This document shows positions 51,209-60,900 of a stretch of 64,000 nucleotides of DNA, piece after piece. Position 1 is the first letter of the stretch. Every line of letters starts with the position of its first letter. The position numbers and the translations under genes are program-made. Under the pieces are notes generated by a model. The model had not been told where the DNA came from. It saw only the letters and a list, made by a program, of their open reading frames with translations, and made no database searches. Source of the stretch: Campylobacterota bacterium (GTDB taxonomy: Bacteria; Campylobacterota; Campylobacteria; Campylobacterales; Sulfurimonadaceae); the NCBI GenBank assembly GCA_023379705.1, contig JAMCPS010000032.1:10090-74089 (forward strand), in the 5' to 3' direction.

Positions 51209-53965
51209 ATGAATCCGCTACTCGAACAATTTTTATTGGAAGCCAGAGAGAACTTGGCGTTTATTGATCAAAATATTGAACACATCGGAGGCGATGACCC
51301 GGAGTTACTCAACTCGGTTTTTCGTGCTGCCCATACTCTCAAAGGGGGTTCAGGAATCGTAGGATTCGAAGCGGTCAAGCGCATTACGCATCACGCCGAA
51401 GATTTGCTGGACATGCTGCGTTCGGGAAAACTTGAATTTCAACCGGTTATGATCGAGTCACTTTTTAATGCATTTGACGAAGTGGTCAATCTCATCGAAG
51501 CCGCGGAAGAGTGTGGTGATATTGTCGAAGCGGATGAATCACGTATTGATCAAATTGCGCAAGAGCTCAGTGGACTCATGGGAAAAACGATTGAAGTGCA
51601 AACATGGTCATGTCCGTTTCGGTTGGCAAGTGATGTTGAACGTATTGTCAATATCCCAATGCCGTTTTTACGACAGTTTGGTCAAACAATTCCCTTTAAA
51701 GTGGGTGAGATTGATGAAGGGTTTTGTGCCAAGGAACAGCTGTATGCGATTGTCTTTGATTTAGATGAATCGTGCATGGTGTATGGAAATGATCCCCTCT
51801 ATACTCTTTCTCTTATTGGAGATAAGGTTTTAGGCATTCATGCATGTATGGGTGAAAATGCTTCAAAAGCACTTTTATCGGGCTTTGATGATCCGGATGG
51901 ATTGCTGCTTCGTTTGAGTATGACGGCATTCGTTTATGCGACCTATGAAGAGATTAGCGATGCCCTTTTTAACTTCATTGATGAACTTAGCTTTATACCG
52001 CTGGATGTTGTGACATTGCTGCAGATTAATGAGGGGGAAGCCGGGCATAACTTGGATGTTTTGAAAGAACTTTCAGCTGAGTGCAGCGGAGCTATTGATT
52101 CGTTTAACCGTTTAGAAATCAGCGAAAAGATTCATAATACGTTGTCGTTAATTGGACGAGACACGCTTCAAAGTATGCAGCTGCGACGTTTTGATGAGTT
52201 GCTTAATACGATTAAAGATACCGATTTGGGCTTGTTGAAATCATTTTTCGGACAGCTGCCACAGGGGAATGTGTATGTCTATAATGCCGTGCTCGATGAT
52301 GCCCCAAGCATAATGCAGATGACAAGTGTTCCTGATGCAGTCTGCGAAACAATAGAAATCAATGAGGTAGAGCGCCTACAGCTCAAGGCAATTTTGATGC
52401 AACAGCTTCAAACATTAGAAATGCTCGATGATGATGCGTCTTATCAGCGTGTACTGTCTATTGTAGAAAATAATCTCAAACCGTATTTTTGCGATATGCC
52501 AAGCAGCTTTAGTTCAAAAGAAGGCTTGATAACTTGGTTGCGTTGTGAAATAAACGATGAACAAAATACAGCTATTCAAGAGCCCGTTGCAGTATCCAAT
52601 ACCCCTGTCGTTGAAGCAGTGGCTGTAATGGCAGCAGAACCCGCAGAGGTTAAGTCCTACAATGAACCTGTTGCGAAAGCTTCTGAAGTCATTCCAGTAG
52701 TCACAAGTATCGTTGAGCGGGGTGATTTGGACAATCAGTTAGCCAGTAGTAAAAAAGGAGTCATCGGTAAAACGGTCAAAGTCGATCAAGAATCGATTGA
52801 TCATTTGATGAATGTTGTCGGGGAGCTTTTGGTGGCTAAAAATTCTCTTCCGTATTTGGCGGATGGTGTTCACAAAATGACGGGAGAAGTGATCAAGCGT
52901 GCCATTATGGAAAAATACACGTTTATCAACCGTTTAGCCGAGCAACTGCAAGATTTGATTATGTCGATGCGTATGTTGCCGATTTCGTATGTGTTTGACC
53001 GCTATCCAAAACTGGTACGCGATATCTCAAAAAATATGAATAAAAAAGTAACGTTGAGTATGGACGGCGGGGAAACAAAACTCGATAAAAATATGATTGA
53101 AATGCTTGCTGATCCGATGATCCATATTATGCGCAACTCTTTGGACCACGGGATTGAAATGCCGGAGGTTCGTATTCAAAAAGGGAAAAATCCAGAGGGG
53201 CATATAGCGCTTAACGCTTATGCACAATCGGATAAGATCATCATTGAAATACGTGATGACGGCGCAGGAATCAATATTAGCCGTGTGGTTCAAAAGGTGC
53301 TTGAAAAAGAGTTACTAACACTTGAGCAAGTGGAAGCGATGAACGATGATGAAAAAGCGGCATTGGTAATGCTACCAGGTCTTTCAACCGCAGAAACTAT
53401 TAGTGAGTACAGCGGTCGGGGTGTCGGAATGGACGTTGTACGCAAATCAATCGAAGGGTTTGGCGGAACCATCCGTATCAAGACAGTACCCAATCAAGGA
53501 ACGACAATTTATCTCTCTATCCCGGTATCGCTTGCCGTTACTTCATTGCTGCATGTGACCATGAGCGGGGTTCATTATGGATTCCCGATGGATTCAGTTT
53601 CCGAAACGGTTAAAATCGAACCTACTCAAATAGAGTATTTGCAAAACGAGCCATTTATTTATTTGCGCGGCGAAGTCATTCCGTTGTTGTTCGCGAAAAA
53701 CATGCTGGATGAAGAAGCGTTGACGAATAAAGCACTTCCGGTGGTGGTGTTAAATATCAAAGGAAACCTTTTGGCTGTTGTCGTTAATGAGCTGTTGGGA
53801 CAATTGGATGTGGTTCAAAAACCACTTGAGGGGATTATGGAAGGTCACCCTATTTTCAGTGGTACAGCATTGCTGGGCAATGGGCAAATCATTATGGCAA
53901 TCGATCCGATAGGCATTTTAGGAATATCGACAGTACTCAAAAGCGATCATCGTATTGCCAGTTAA
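51209..53965 (+). CDS. cheA: Chemotaxis histidine kinase CheA
   Basis: P1 FRAAHTLKG, H..RNSLDHGIE, DDGAGI, PG.STA...SGRGVGMDVV and a C-terminal CheW-like P5 domain. Confidence 0.97.
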   Translation: MNPLLEQFLLEARENLAFIDQNIEHIGGDDPELLNSVFRAAHTLKGGSGIVGFEAVKRITHHAEDLLDMLRSGKLEFQPVMIESLFNAFDEVVNLIEAAEECGDIVEADESRIDQIAQELSGLMGKTIEVQTWSCPFRLASDVERIVNIPMPFLRQFGQTIPFKVGEIDEGFCAKEQLYAIVFDLDESCMVYGNDPLYTLSLIGDKVLGIHACMGENASKALLSGFDDPDGLLLRLSMTAFVYATYEEISDALFNFIDELSFIPLDVVTLLQINEGEAGHNLDVLKELSAECSGAIDSFNRLEISEKIHNTLSLIGRDTLQSMQLRRFDELLNTIKDTDLGLLKSFFGQLPQGNVYVYNAVLDDAPSIMQMTSVPDAVCETIEINEVERLQLKAILMQQLQTLEMLDDDASYQRVLSIVENNLKPYFCDMPSSFSSKEGLITWLRCEINDEQNTAIQEPVAVSNTPVVEAVAVMAAEPAEVKSYNEPVAKASEVIPVVTSIVERGDLDNQLASSKKGVIGKTVKVDQESIDHLMNVVGELLVAKNSLPYLADGVHKMTGEVIKRAIMEKYTFINRLAEQLQDLIMSMRMLPISYVFDRYPKLVRDISKNMNKKVTLSMDGGETKLDKNMIEMLADPMIHIMRNSLDHGIEMPEVRIQKGKNPEGHIALNAYAQSDKIIIEIRDDGAGINISRVVQKVLEKELLTLEQVEAMNDDEKAALVMLPGLSTAETISEYSGRGVGMDVVRKSIEGFGGTIRIKTVPNQGTTIYLSIPVSLAVTSLLHVTMSGVHYGFPMDSVSETVKIEPTQIEYLQNEPFIYLRGEVIPLLFAKNMLDEEALTNKALPVVVLNIKGNLLAVVVNELLGQLDVVQKPLEGIMEGHPIFSGTALLGNGQIIMAIDPIGILGISTVLKSDHRIAS

Positions 53966-53979
53966 GTAAAGGAAGTAAA

Positions 53980-54414
53980 ATGGAAGATTATATTATCTTT
54001 ACTATAGGCGATAACTATTATGCTCTCAGTGTCGCATCAATACAGCGGATTATTCAAGTCCCTTCGGTGACGGCTATCCCAAACGCGCATCCTATGGTTG
54101 AGGGGATGATGTCTTATGAAGATCGCGTGATCAAAGTGGTCAACTTTCGAAGCATGATGGGGATGGAGGATTTTCAAGAAACTGCGACGGGGAAATCTCA
54201 AAAGCTGCTTATTTACCAAACTCAAAACGCTTTTTTTGGTATCAAAGTGGATCAGATAGAAGACATTAAGAATCTCGATTGCTCGATACTTAAACACGTT
54301 GACAAACTCGAATCAAATGACGGTTTTGTAGAAATAGATGGGGTGGTTGAGGTGGACAGTCGGCTTGTAAACGTTATTAAATCGGTAACATTACCGATGA
54401 AGGAGAAAGTATAA
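53980..54414 (+). CDS. cheW: Single-domain CheW
   Basis: YIIF.IG..YA..V..I..II....T.IP.....EG and GI.VD.I motifs. Confidence 0.85.
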   Translation: MEDYIIFTIGDNYYALSVASIQRIIQVPSVTAIPNAHPMVEGMMSYEDRVIKVVNFRSMMGMEDFQETATGKSQKLLIYQTQNAFFGIKVDQIEDIKNLDCSILKHVDKLESNDGFVEIDGVVEVDSRLVNVIKSVTLPMKEKV

Positions 54415-54683
54415 TGGCAACATTGATGGAAAATAATGCAGTAACATTTAGTTCAGTTGTGTATGAAGATGAGATTGTTTCTTTGCGCGACTTCTTGCAG
54501 GTTACTTCTCCTGCTGAAATTACGGTTGATTTTAGCGCATGTGACGATATTCATTTAGGTGTTTTACAACTCATTTTGGGGTATAAAAAATTGTATGGTG
54601 CAAACTTTTTGTATGGGCATGATGTCAAGCTGTATCAAAAACTCTGTGAAGGGTTTGAAATAACCGAAACGCATTGTGCATGA
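54414..54683 (+). CDS. Small STAS-like protein
   Basis: VDFS.C..IH..VLQL.L pattern resembling STAS_2 proteins found in che clusters. Confidence 0.6.
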   Translation: MATLMENNAVTFSSVVYEDEIVSLRDFLQVTSPAEITVDFSACDDIHLGVLQLILGYKKLYGANFLYGHDVKLYQKLCEGFEITETHCA

Positions 54684-55423
54684 AAACAATCGTCGTTTCA
54701 AATCGTAAAGGGGGATCGGCTAAAACGACTACGGCAGTAAATCTCGCCTGCGAATTGGCAAAAATAGGGTCAGTGCTTTTGATCGATTTTGATACCCAAG
54801 GACACGCTTCGCTTGGAGTAGGCTGCGAAGCTTCTGAGAATAATGGCGCGCATTCAATTTTTGTAGGCAAAACGCTCAGCGAGACGTTTGTGCATACCGT
54901 ACACGATCAGCTCACTCTTGCTCCTGCGCAAGAGTTTTTTGATGTGTATGAATTTGGGGATTTGCGCGGAGTGCTTAAAAACCGTTTTCGCCGTGAGATG
55001 ATCCATGATTTCTTTGATTATGTGATTATTGATACGCCTCCAACTTTTGATGGGTTACTTAAAAATGCGCTTGAAGTCGCCGATGCTGTTGTTATTCCTT
55101 TTGTTCCGCATCATCTGGGTGTGGTAGCTGTGGGACAAATGGTAAGGGCCATTTACCAAAATGCTTCACTTAATGCTCAAAAAACTCCTGAAGTGGGAAT
55201 TTTACCCGTGATGGTCAATGCTCACATACCTGAACATCGTGAAGCTATATCCAAGATTAAAACGCAATTTGGCGAAGAAAAGCTTTTTTCAGGAATAGGG
55301 ATTGATATCAAACTGGCCAAACAGTTTGAGAGAGGCAACCCTGTTGTTTTAGATGAAGAACGTTCCCGAGGAGTGAAAGATTACCGATATTTTGTGGAAG
55401 AGCTTCTAGCTCGATTATGTTAA
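54680..55423 (+). CDS. ParA/Soj-family ATPase (orphan, che-cluster associated)
   Basis: Deviant Walker A NRKGGSAKTT, LLID.D.QG.AS and DYVIIDTPP. No parB gene nearby. Confidence 0.9.
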   Translation: MKTIVVSNRKGGSAKTTTAVNLACELAKIGSVLLIDFDTQGHASLGVGCEASENNGAHSIFVGKTLSETFVHTVHDQLTLAPAQEFFDVYEFGDLRGVLKNRFRREMIHDFFDYVIIDTPPTFDGLLKNALEVADAVVIPFVPHHLGVVAVGQMVRAIYQNASLNAQKTPEVGILPVMVNAHIPEHREAISKIKTQFGEEKLFSGIGIDIKLAKQFERGNPVVLDEERSRGVKDYRYFVEELLARLC

Positions 55424-55443
55424 ATGTACAGAAATGGATTTGA

Positions 55444-56763
55444 ATGATGAAAAAAATACTTATTGTTGATGACAATGAAAACAATCGAATGCTCCTGCGA
55501 GCACTTTTGGAAGATTATGCTGAAGATAATGGTACAGATTTAAGCATACATGAAGCGGTCAATGGATTAGAAGCCTCTTTGGTTGTGCAAGACGAACATT
55601 TTCATCTCATCTTTATGGATATCATGATGCCGGAGATGGATGGGATAGAAGCTACCAAACGTATCCGCGCGCAGGATGCTAAAACGATGATTGTTGCGGT
55701 ATCTGCAGTGGATGATGGCGAACGCCAGCAGCAGATACTTCGAAATGGCGCTGAGGACTATATCAACAAACCAATCAATGCGGATATCTTTTTAACACGC
55801 TTGGGCAATTACTTGTCTTTGATTGAGTCACGGGACACATTAACAAGAAAATATAATTCAAGCGCTGCAAATTTGTTTACGCAAGAAATATTTAGCCGTA
55901 AGCTGCTCTTTTATGTAGAAAAAGATGATGAACTTGCAGAATTTTGGGAATATTATCTGCTCAACACAAGCGAACGAAGTGAAAAACTAATTGACGCCAT
56001 ACGTACAGTGTACGCTTTGGGATCTATGGGGTTAAGAGTAGGGGTAAAACTGCAGATCATTGTAGAGGAATCGATGGACACAATGTTCATAACCCTTAGC
56101 GGCTTAGATGATGTTGATGACAAAATTATCAAGCTGGTTATGGCAAAAAATCCAACGGTAACTGATTATAAAATGGGGGATGGAAAAATTAGCATTGGGG
56201 TGAAGCGTCCCAATATTGAGCAAGCGGTTCTTGCTCATGATGCAATGGTCAAGGTTGCCCCTACCGTTACAGCTCCTGCGGTTGCAGCCTATGAAGCGAT
56301 CGAGGAAACAACGCAGGTGTATAACTATATGGAGCCTGAAGATTTGATGGATTTAAAGGAATACGTTGGTAAACTTAATTCCCTTATGATGGTTGTGGGT
56401 GGGGAGATTGAACACTATGAAGTGGATGAAATCAGTAATAGTCTCCAGCAAATTAGCCGAATTGCTTCAGGATATACGGACAGTTATTCTATCGGTAATG
56501 CATTGGGGACGATGGGACGGATTATTGCTATTCACCGTGATCTGTTTGTAAATAAAGCTACGGATATCGCGCCTATGTGTGCTGCATTTGGGCGTGATTT
56601 AAGTACGTGGATACGGATGATTTTCATTGATGGTGCTACGAGAGTAAACTTTATGGACGATACGATCGTTGCCAATGCCGAATTAATCGGGAGTATTCTG
56701 ACCATGGACGATGCTGATCATGAGCATTCGGCTGAAGATCTCGACGATATTTTTGATTTTTAG
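55444..56763 (+). CDS. Response regulator with REC domain and large uncharacterised C-terminal region
   Basis: VDDN..N, FMDIMMPEMDG and GA.DY..KP, followed by about 310 aa with no recognised output domain, ending EDLDDIFDF. Confidence 0.8.
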   Translation: MMKKILIVDDNENNRMLLRALLEDYAEDNGTDLSIHEAVNGLEASLVVQDEHFHLIFMDIMMPEMDGIEATKRIRAQDAKTMIVAVSAVDDGERQQQILRNGAEDYINKPINADIFLTRLGNYLSLIESRDTLTRKYNSSAANLFTQEIFSRKLLFYVEKDDELAEFWEYYLLNTSERSEKLIDAIRTVYALGSMGLRVGVKLQIIVEESMDTMFITLSGLDDVDDKIIKLVMAKNPTVTDYKMGDGKISIGVKRPNIEQAVLAHDAMVKVAPTVTAPAVAAYEAIEETTQVYNYMEPEDLMDLKEYVGKLNSLMMVVGGEIEHYEVDEISNSLQQISRIASGYTDSYSIGNALGTMGRIIAIHRDLFVNKATDIAPMCAAFGRDLSTWIRMIFIDGATRVNFMDDTIVANAELIGSILTMDDADHEHSAEDLDDIFDF

Positions 56764-56772
56764 GAGTTTATC

Positions 56773-56988
56773 ATGGGGTACACATTAGAAGTAAAGAACG
56801 CTTGCGGCTGTTTTAAACGTGATGGAGGAGTCGATATTCAAAGTTTTGACTCAATACAAGATGCAAAAGAAGAAGCTCAGACTCTTCATGCACGGATGGA
56901 AAAAAACTATTGCAAAAAGCATAAGTTTGTGTTGAGCACTATGGGGGGCAATTATACGATCACGATACAGCCCAGAGTTGCAGGATAG
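56773..56988 (+). CDS. Small putative metal-binding protein (CxC...CxxH)
   Basis: SD AGGAG. ACGCFKR...MEKNYCKKHKF. Confidence 0.7.
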   Translation: MGYTLEVKNACGCFKRDGGVDIQSFDSIQDAKEEAQTLHARMEKNYCKKHKFVLSTMGGNYTITIQPRVAG

Positions 56989-56997
56989 ATAAAAATC

Positions 56998-57900
56998 ATG
57001 AAGGTTCTGATATCGGGGATACTCAGCGCGATGTTTATTTTATGCGGGTGTTCCCCTGTTGAGGAAAAACCGCTTGTGGTTTCAGTTGATACGTGGATCG
57101 GAGCAAGCCCTTTGTACTATGCCCATGCAATGGGATGGCTAAAAGAGGCTAATATTCAAATACTTCAAGCAGACTCGATTGAAGAAAATTTAAATTTGTA
57201 TGAGAGCAATGCCTCAGATGTTGTGACGGGTACAGAGCATGAGTATTTTCGACTCAAAAAAGTTTATAAAGATCTCATCCCTGTTATCATTTATGATCGC
57301 TCCTATGGGGGAGACGTCATCCTTTCAAACCGTACTGTCCAGCAGCTGCTTCAACCGGATACAAAGATGAGTGTGTACGTTGAGCTTGATACGGTAGGGG
57401 AAGATATGCTCAATTATTTAATCGCAGAACATAATCTTTCCAAAGAGAAGATGAAGATTTATAATCGCAGTCAAGAAGAAATAAAGCGTGTCGGCAACCC
57501 GAATTCAGATGACACCTTTATTACGGTAACCTATAATCCTCATGATTTGGCTTTAAAAAAACAAGGCTTCAAAGAGATTGCCAGCAGTAAAAATGATCAC
57601 TATGTGGTGGTTGACTCTTTTATGACTTCTCGTCAGGTTTACAATCAACATAAAAAACAGCTGCAAACACTTAAAACACTTATGGATAAAGCCGTTTCTG
57701 CTTATCATGCAAATCCAAAATCTTTTTACAAGGCAGTAAAGCCCTATCTTAATAATGTAGGTTTTGAAGAGTTTGAGCAGATGCGCGCAAACATACGATG
57801 GATTAACAATGAAGCGCTTTCTCCGGTAATGAAAAAGAAACTAGAGGAGATAAACTATCCTGTTGACGAACTGATTCATCTCAATGAGGCAATGCGATGA
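56998..57900 (+). CDS. Periplasmic binding lipoprotein (NMT1/SsuA-like) without transporter genes
   Basis: Lipobox LCGC, W.G..PLYYA...G.L, D.S.GGD.I and TY.P motifs. Confidence 0.8.
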   Translation: MKVLISGILSAMFILCGCSPVEEKPLVVSVDTWIGASPLYYAHAMGWLKEANIQILQADSIEENLNLYESNASDVVTGTEHEYFRLKKVYKDLIPVIIYDRSYGGDVILSNRTVQQLLQPDTKMSVYVELDTVGEDMLNYLIAEHNLSKEKMKIYNRSQEEIKRVGNPNSDDTFITVTYNPHDLALKKQGFKEIASSKNDHYVVVDSFMTSRQVYNQHKKQLQTLKTLMDKAVSAYHANPKSFYKAVKPYLNNVGFEEFEQMRANIRWINNEALSPVMKKKLEEINYPVDELIHLNEAMR

Positions 57901-60900
57901 TACTCAAAGTAAAAGCTCTATACAGAAAACTGTTCCGTTCTTTGGGATTCACGCTTTTGTTTTGGTTTTTGACCTTGAGCATTATTCCTGTTGTTATTAT
58001 TGCATGGTATGGATACGCACATACAGTTAAAAGCGTTGATGAAATGCAACGCAATAAGCTTGCCAATACAGCTATTTTGAATGTTGCAGCACTCAACGAG
58101 AATTTTTATGGAGCCGCTAAGAATTTGAGAATCTGGTCGCAGCTTAGAGCACCTAGAGATGTTTTATCTTTGCTGCGTGGGCGTTATGCCAATCGTTCCC
58201 AAAGCCTTGATGTGTTTGTTCATAGTGAAGAGTATGCAAAATGGATAGAAAATCAGCCAGATACGATTTTGACACTTTCCAAAGAGTATGAGTATGTGTA
58301 CGATCTGTTTTTAATCGATTTGGAGGGAAATATCCTCTATACGATTAAAAAAGAATCTGATTTGGGGACGAATCTTTTAAATGGCCTGTATTCTAAAACC
58401 CGTTTCGCTCAAACGTATCGTAGAAGTCTTGCAGATGGAAAAGCCCATTTCTCAGATCTTGAACGTTATGCTCCCTCAGCAGATGCATTGACCGGATTTA
58501 TTACTCAGCCAATTTTGGATGATTCGGGCAAAATGGTTGGGATTATGGGATTACAGTTAAACATGAACGTTCTTTTTGACTCTTTAAAGGATAAGAGAGA
58601 GGGAGTAAGCCAATACCTTGTTGGAGCAGACGGGTTACTGCGAAGTTCCGTTGGGGATCCCGATGAAGTTTTGAAGCGACGAATCAGTACAAAAGTTTTT
58701 TGGAATTGGTATAACGAACATGGAATTCACGGGCAATATCCTGATAAGATGTCAGAAAAAGCGAGCTTTTATATAGGGCCAAACGGGAAAAAAGTTCTTG
58801 GGGAACATCGATCGATCAATCTAATGGGGATACGATGGGTAGACATTAGTGAAATGGACGAATCAGAGGTATTGGCTATCCCAAATCGTTTGTTTACTAT
58901 GATCATAATTTTTTCTTTGATTGTTGCCAGTGTGGTTGTTTTTGTAGGGATAATCATTGCCAGACGGATTGTGAAGCCTATTGAGTTACTCTCCGAGGCC
59001 AGCAAACAATACATGAGCGGTACCAAAGAGGTTTATGTAGCGGTCGAGGCTGCTAATGAGATTGGAGAACTTGGATCGGTCTTTAATGCCTTAATTGAGA
59101 AGCAAGAATATGACGCAGAGAAACTTGATTATTTAGCTAAAAAAGCGCAAAAAACACTCGATGAGCTCAAAGAGCAAAAATATGCTTTGGATGCCCACTC
59201 CATTGTTGCTATTACGGATGTTAAGGGGACGATTACCTTTGTAAATAGCAAATTTGAAGAGATCAGCGGATATAAAAACGATGAATTGATCGGCAAAAAT
59301 CACCGACTGCTCAACTCGGGTCTGCATGGGATAGAGTTTTGGAAAGAGATGTATCACACGGTGAGTCATGGCGCAATATGGCATGGCGAAGTGTGCAATG
59401 TGGCGAAAAACGGTTCGTATTATTGGGTCGATACAACCATCGTCCCTTTTATGGATGAACATAAAAAGCCTGTGAGCTATATTGCAATACGTACCGATAT
59501 TACCGAGCGTAAAGCCATCCAAGATTCTTTGAGTGAAGCGATGCAGCTTCAAAAAGCGATCTTTGAGAATGCCGGGGTAGCGATCATCACTACGGACACT
59601 GAGGGGACAATAACGGCGTTTAATGGTGCGGCTGAAGAGATGCTTGGGTATAAAGCCCAAGAGTTAGTTGGAAAACAAAGTCCCGCTATTTTGCATAAAT
59701 TAGATGAAGTGGTTAAAAGAGCAGAAGAACTCTCCCGAGAGTTGGGGGAGGTTGTGGAACCTGGATTCAAAGTATTTGTGATTAAAAACGATTACAATAT
59801 GCCAAATGCCCATGAGTGGACCTATGTGCGAAAAGATGGCAGTGAAATTCCAGTGTATTTAAATGTGACCGCATTGTATGATGCAGATGGTAAGACGAGC
59901 GGTTATATGGGAATCGCAAGCGATGTTTCTTTATTTAAAGAAGCCGAACGGCAGATGCTGATAGCCAAAGAGGCTGCGGAGTCTTCTGCACAGATAAAAT
60001 CAGAGTTTTTAGCAACCATGAGTCATGAGATCAGGACTCCGATGAATGGAGTGCTTGGGATGCTTGGACTTTTGTCACATTCAAATTTGGATGAAACTCA
60101 ACGCCACCAAATACGTGTAGCTTCTAACAGTGCGAATTCACTGCTGGGACTTATTAATGACATTCTCGATTTCTCGAAAGTTGAAGCAGGTAAAATGGAG
60201 CTTGAGCTCATTGAGTTAAACTTGCGTGATGAGTTGGGGAAATTTATCGAAGCAATTGCTTTTAGAGCGCAGGAAAAAGGGCTGGAACTCATACTGGATA
60301 CGACGAAATTGACACGTAGTACAGTGATCACCGATCCGGGACGTCTTCGTCAAATACTGACGAATCTCATCAGTAATGCGGTGAAATTTACCCATCGAGG
60401 CGAAGTGCTTGTGAGTGTAATGTTGGATGAATTGGATACCGATCATGGAAGATTACGCATTGATGTGCGTGACAGCGGAATCGGAATCGCCGCGGATAAA
60501 ATTGATTCATTGTTTGAATCGTTTTCACAAGCAGACAATTCGACCACGCGCAAATACGGCGGCACAGGACTGGGGCTGGCGATTGTGAAAAAACTGTGTG
60601 AACTGATGGATGGAAAAATTTGGATAACGAGCGTTGAGCATGAGGGAAGTACTTTTCATATAGATATCGGCGTTGGGCTTGGAGCGACATCGGCATTGAG
60701 TATTCCCAGTGTGTCGGTTGCGAACAAATCCGTTCTTGTTGTGGATGACAATGAAACGAATCGCGCGGTTGTACGAGCACAGCTTGAAATTTGGGGGATG
60801 GAAGTGCATGAAGCAGAAGACCCGATTATCGCATTTGACTCTTGTCAGATACGTATTGCGCAGGGCCATATTCCCCCGTATAATGTGGCGTTGTTGGATA

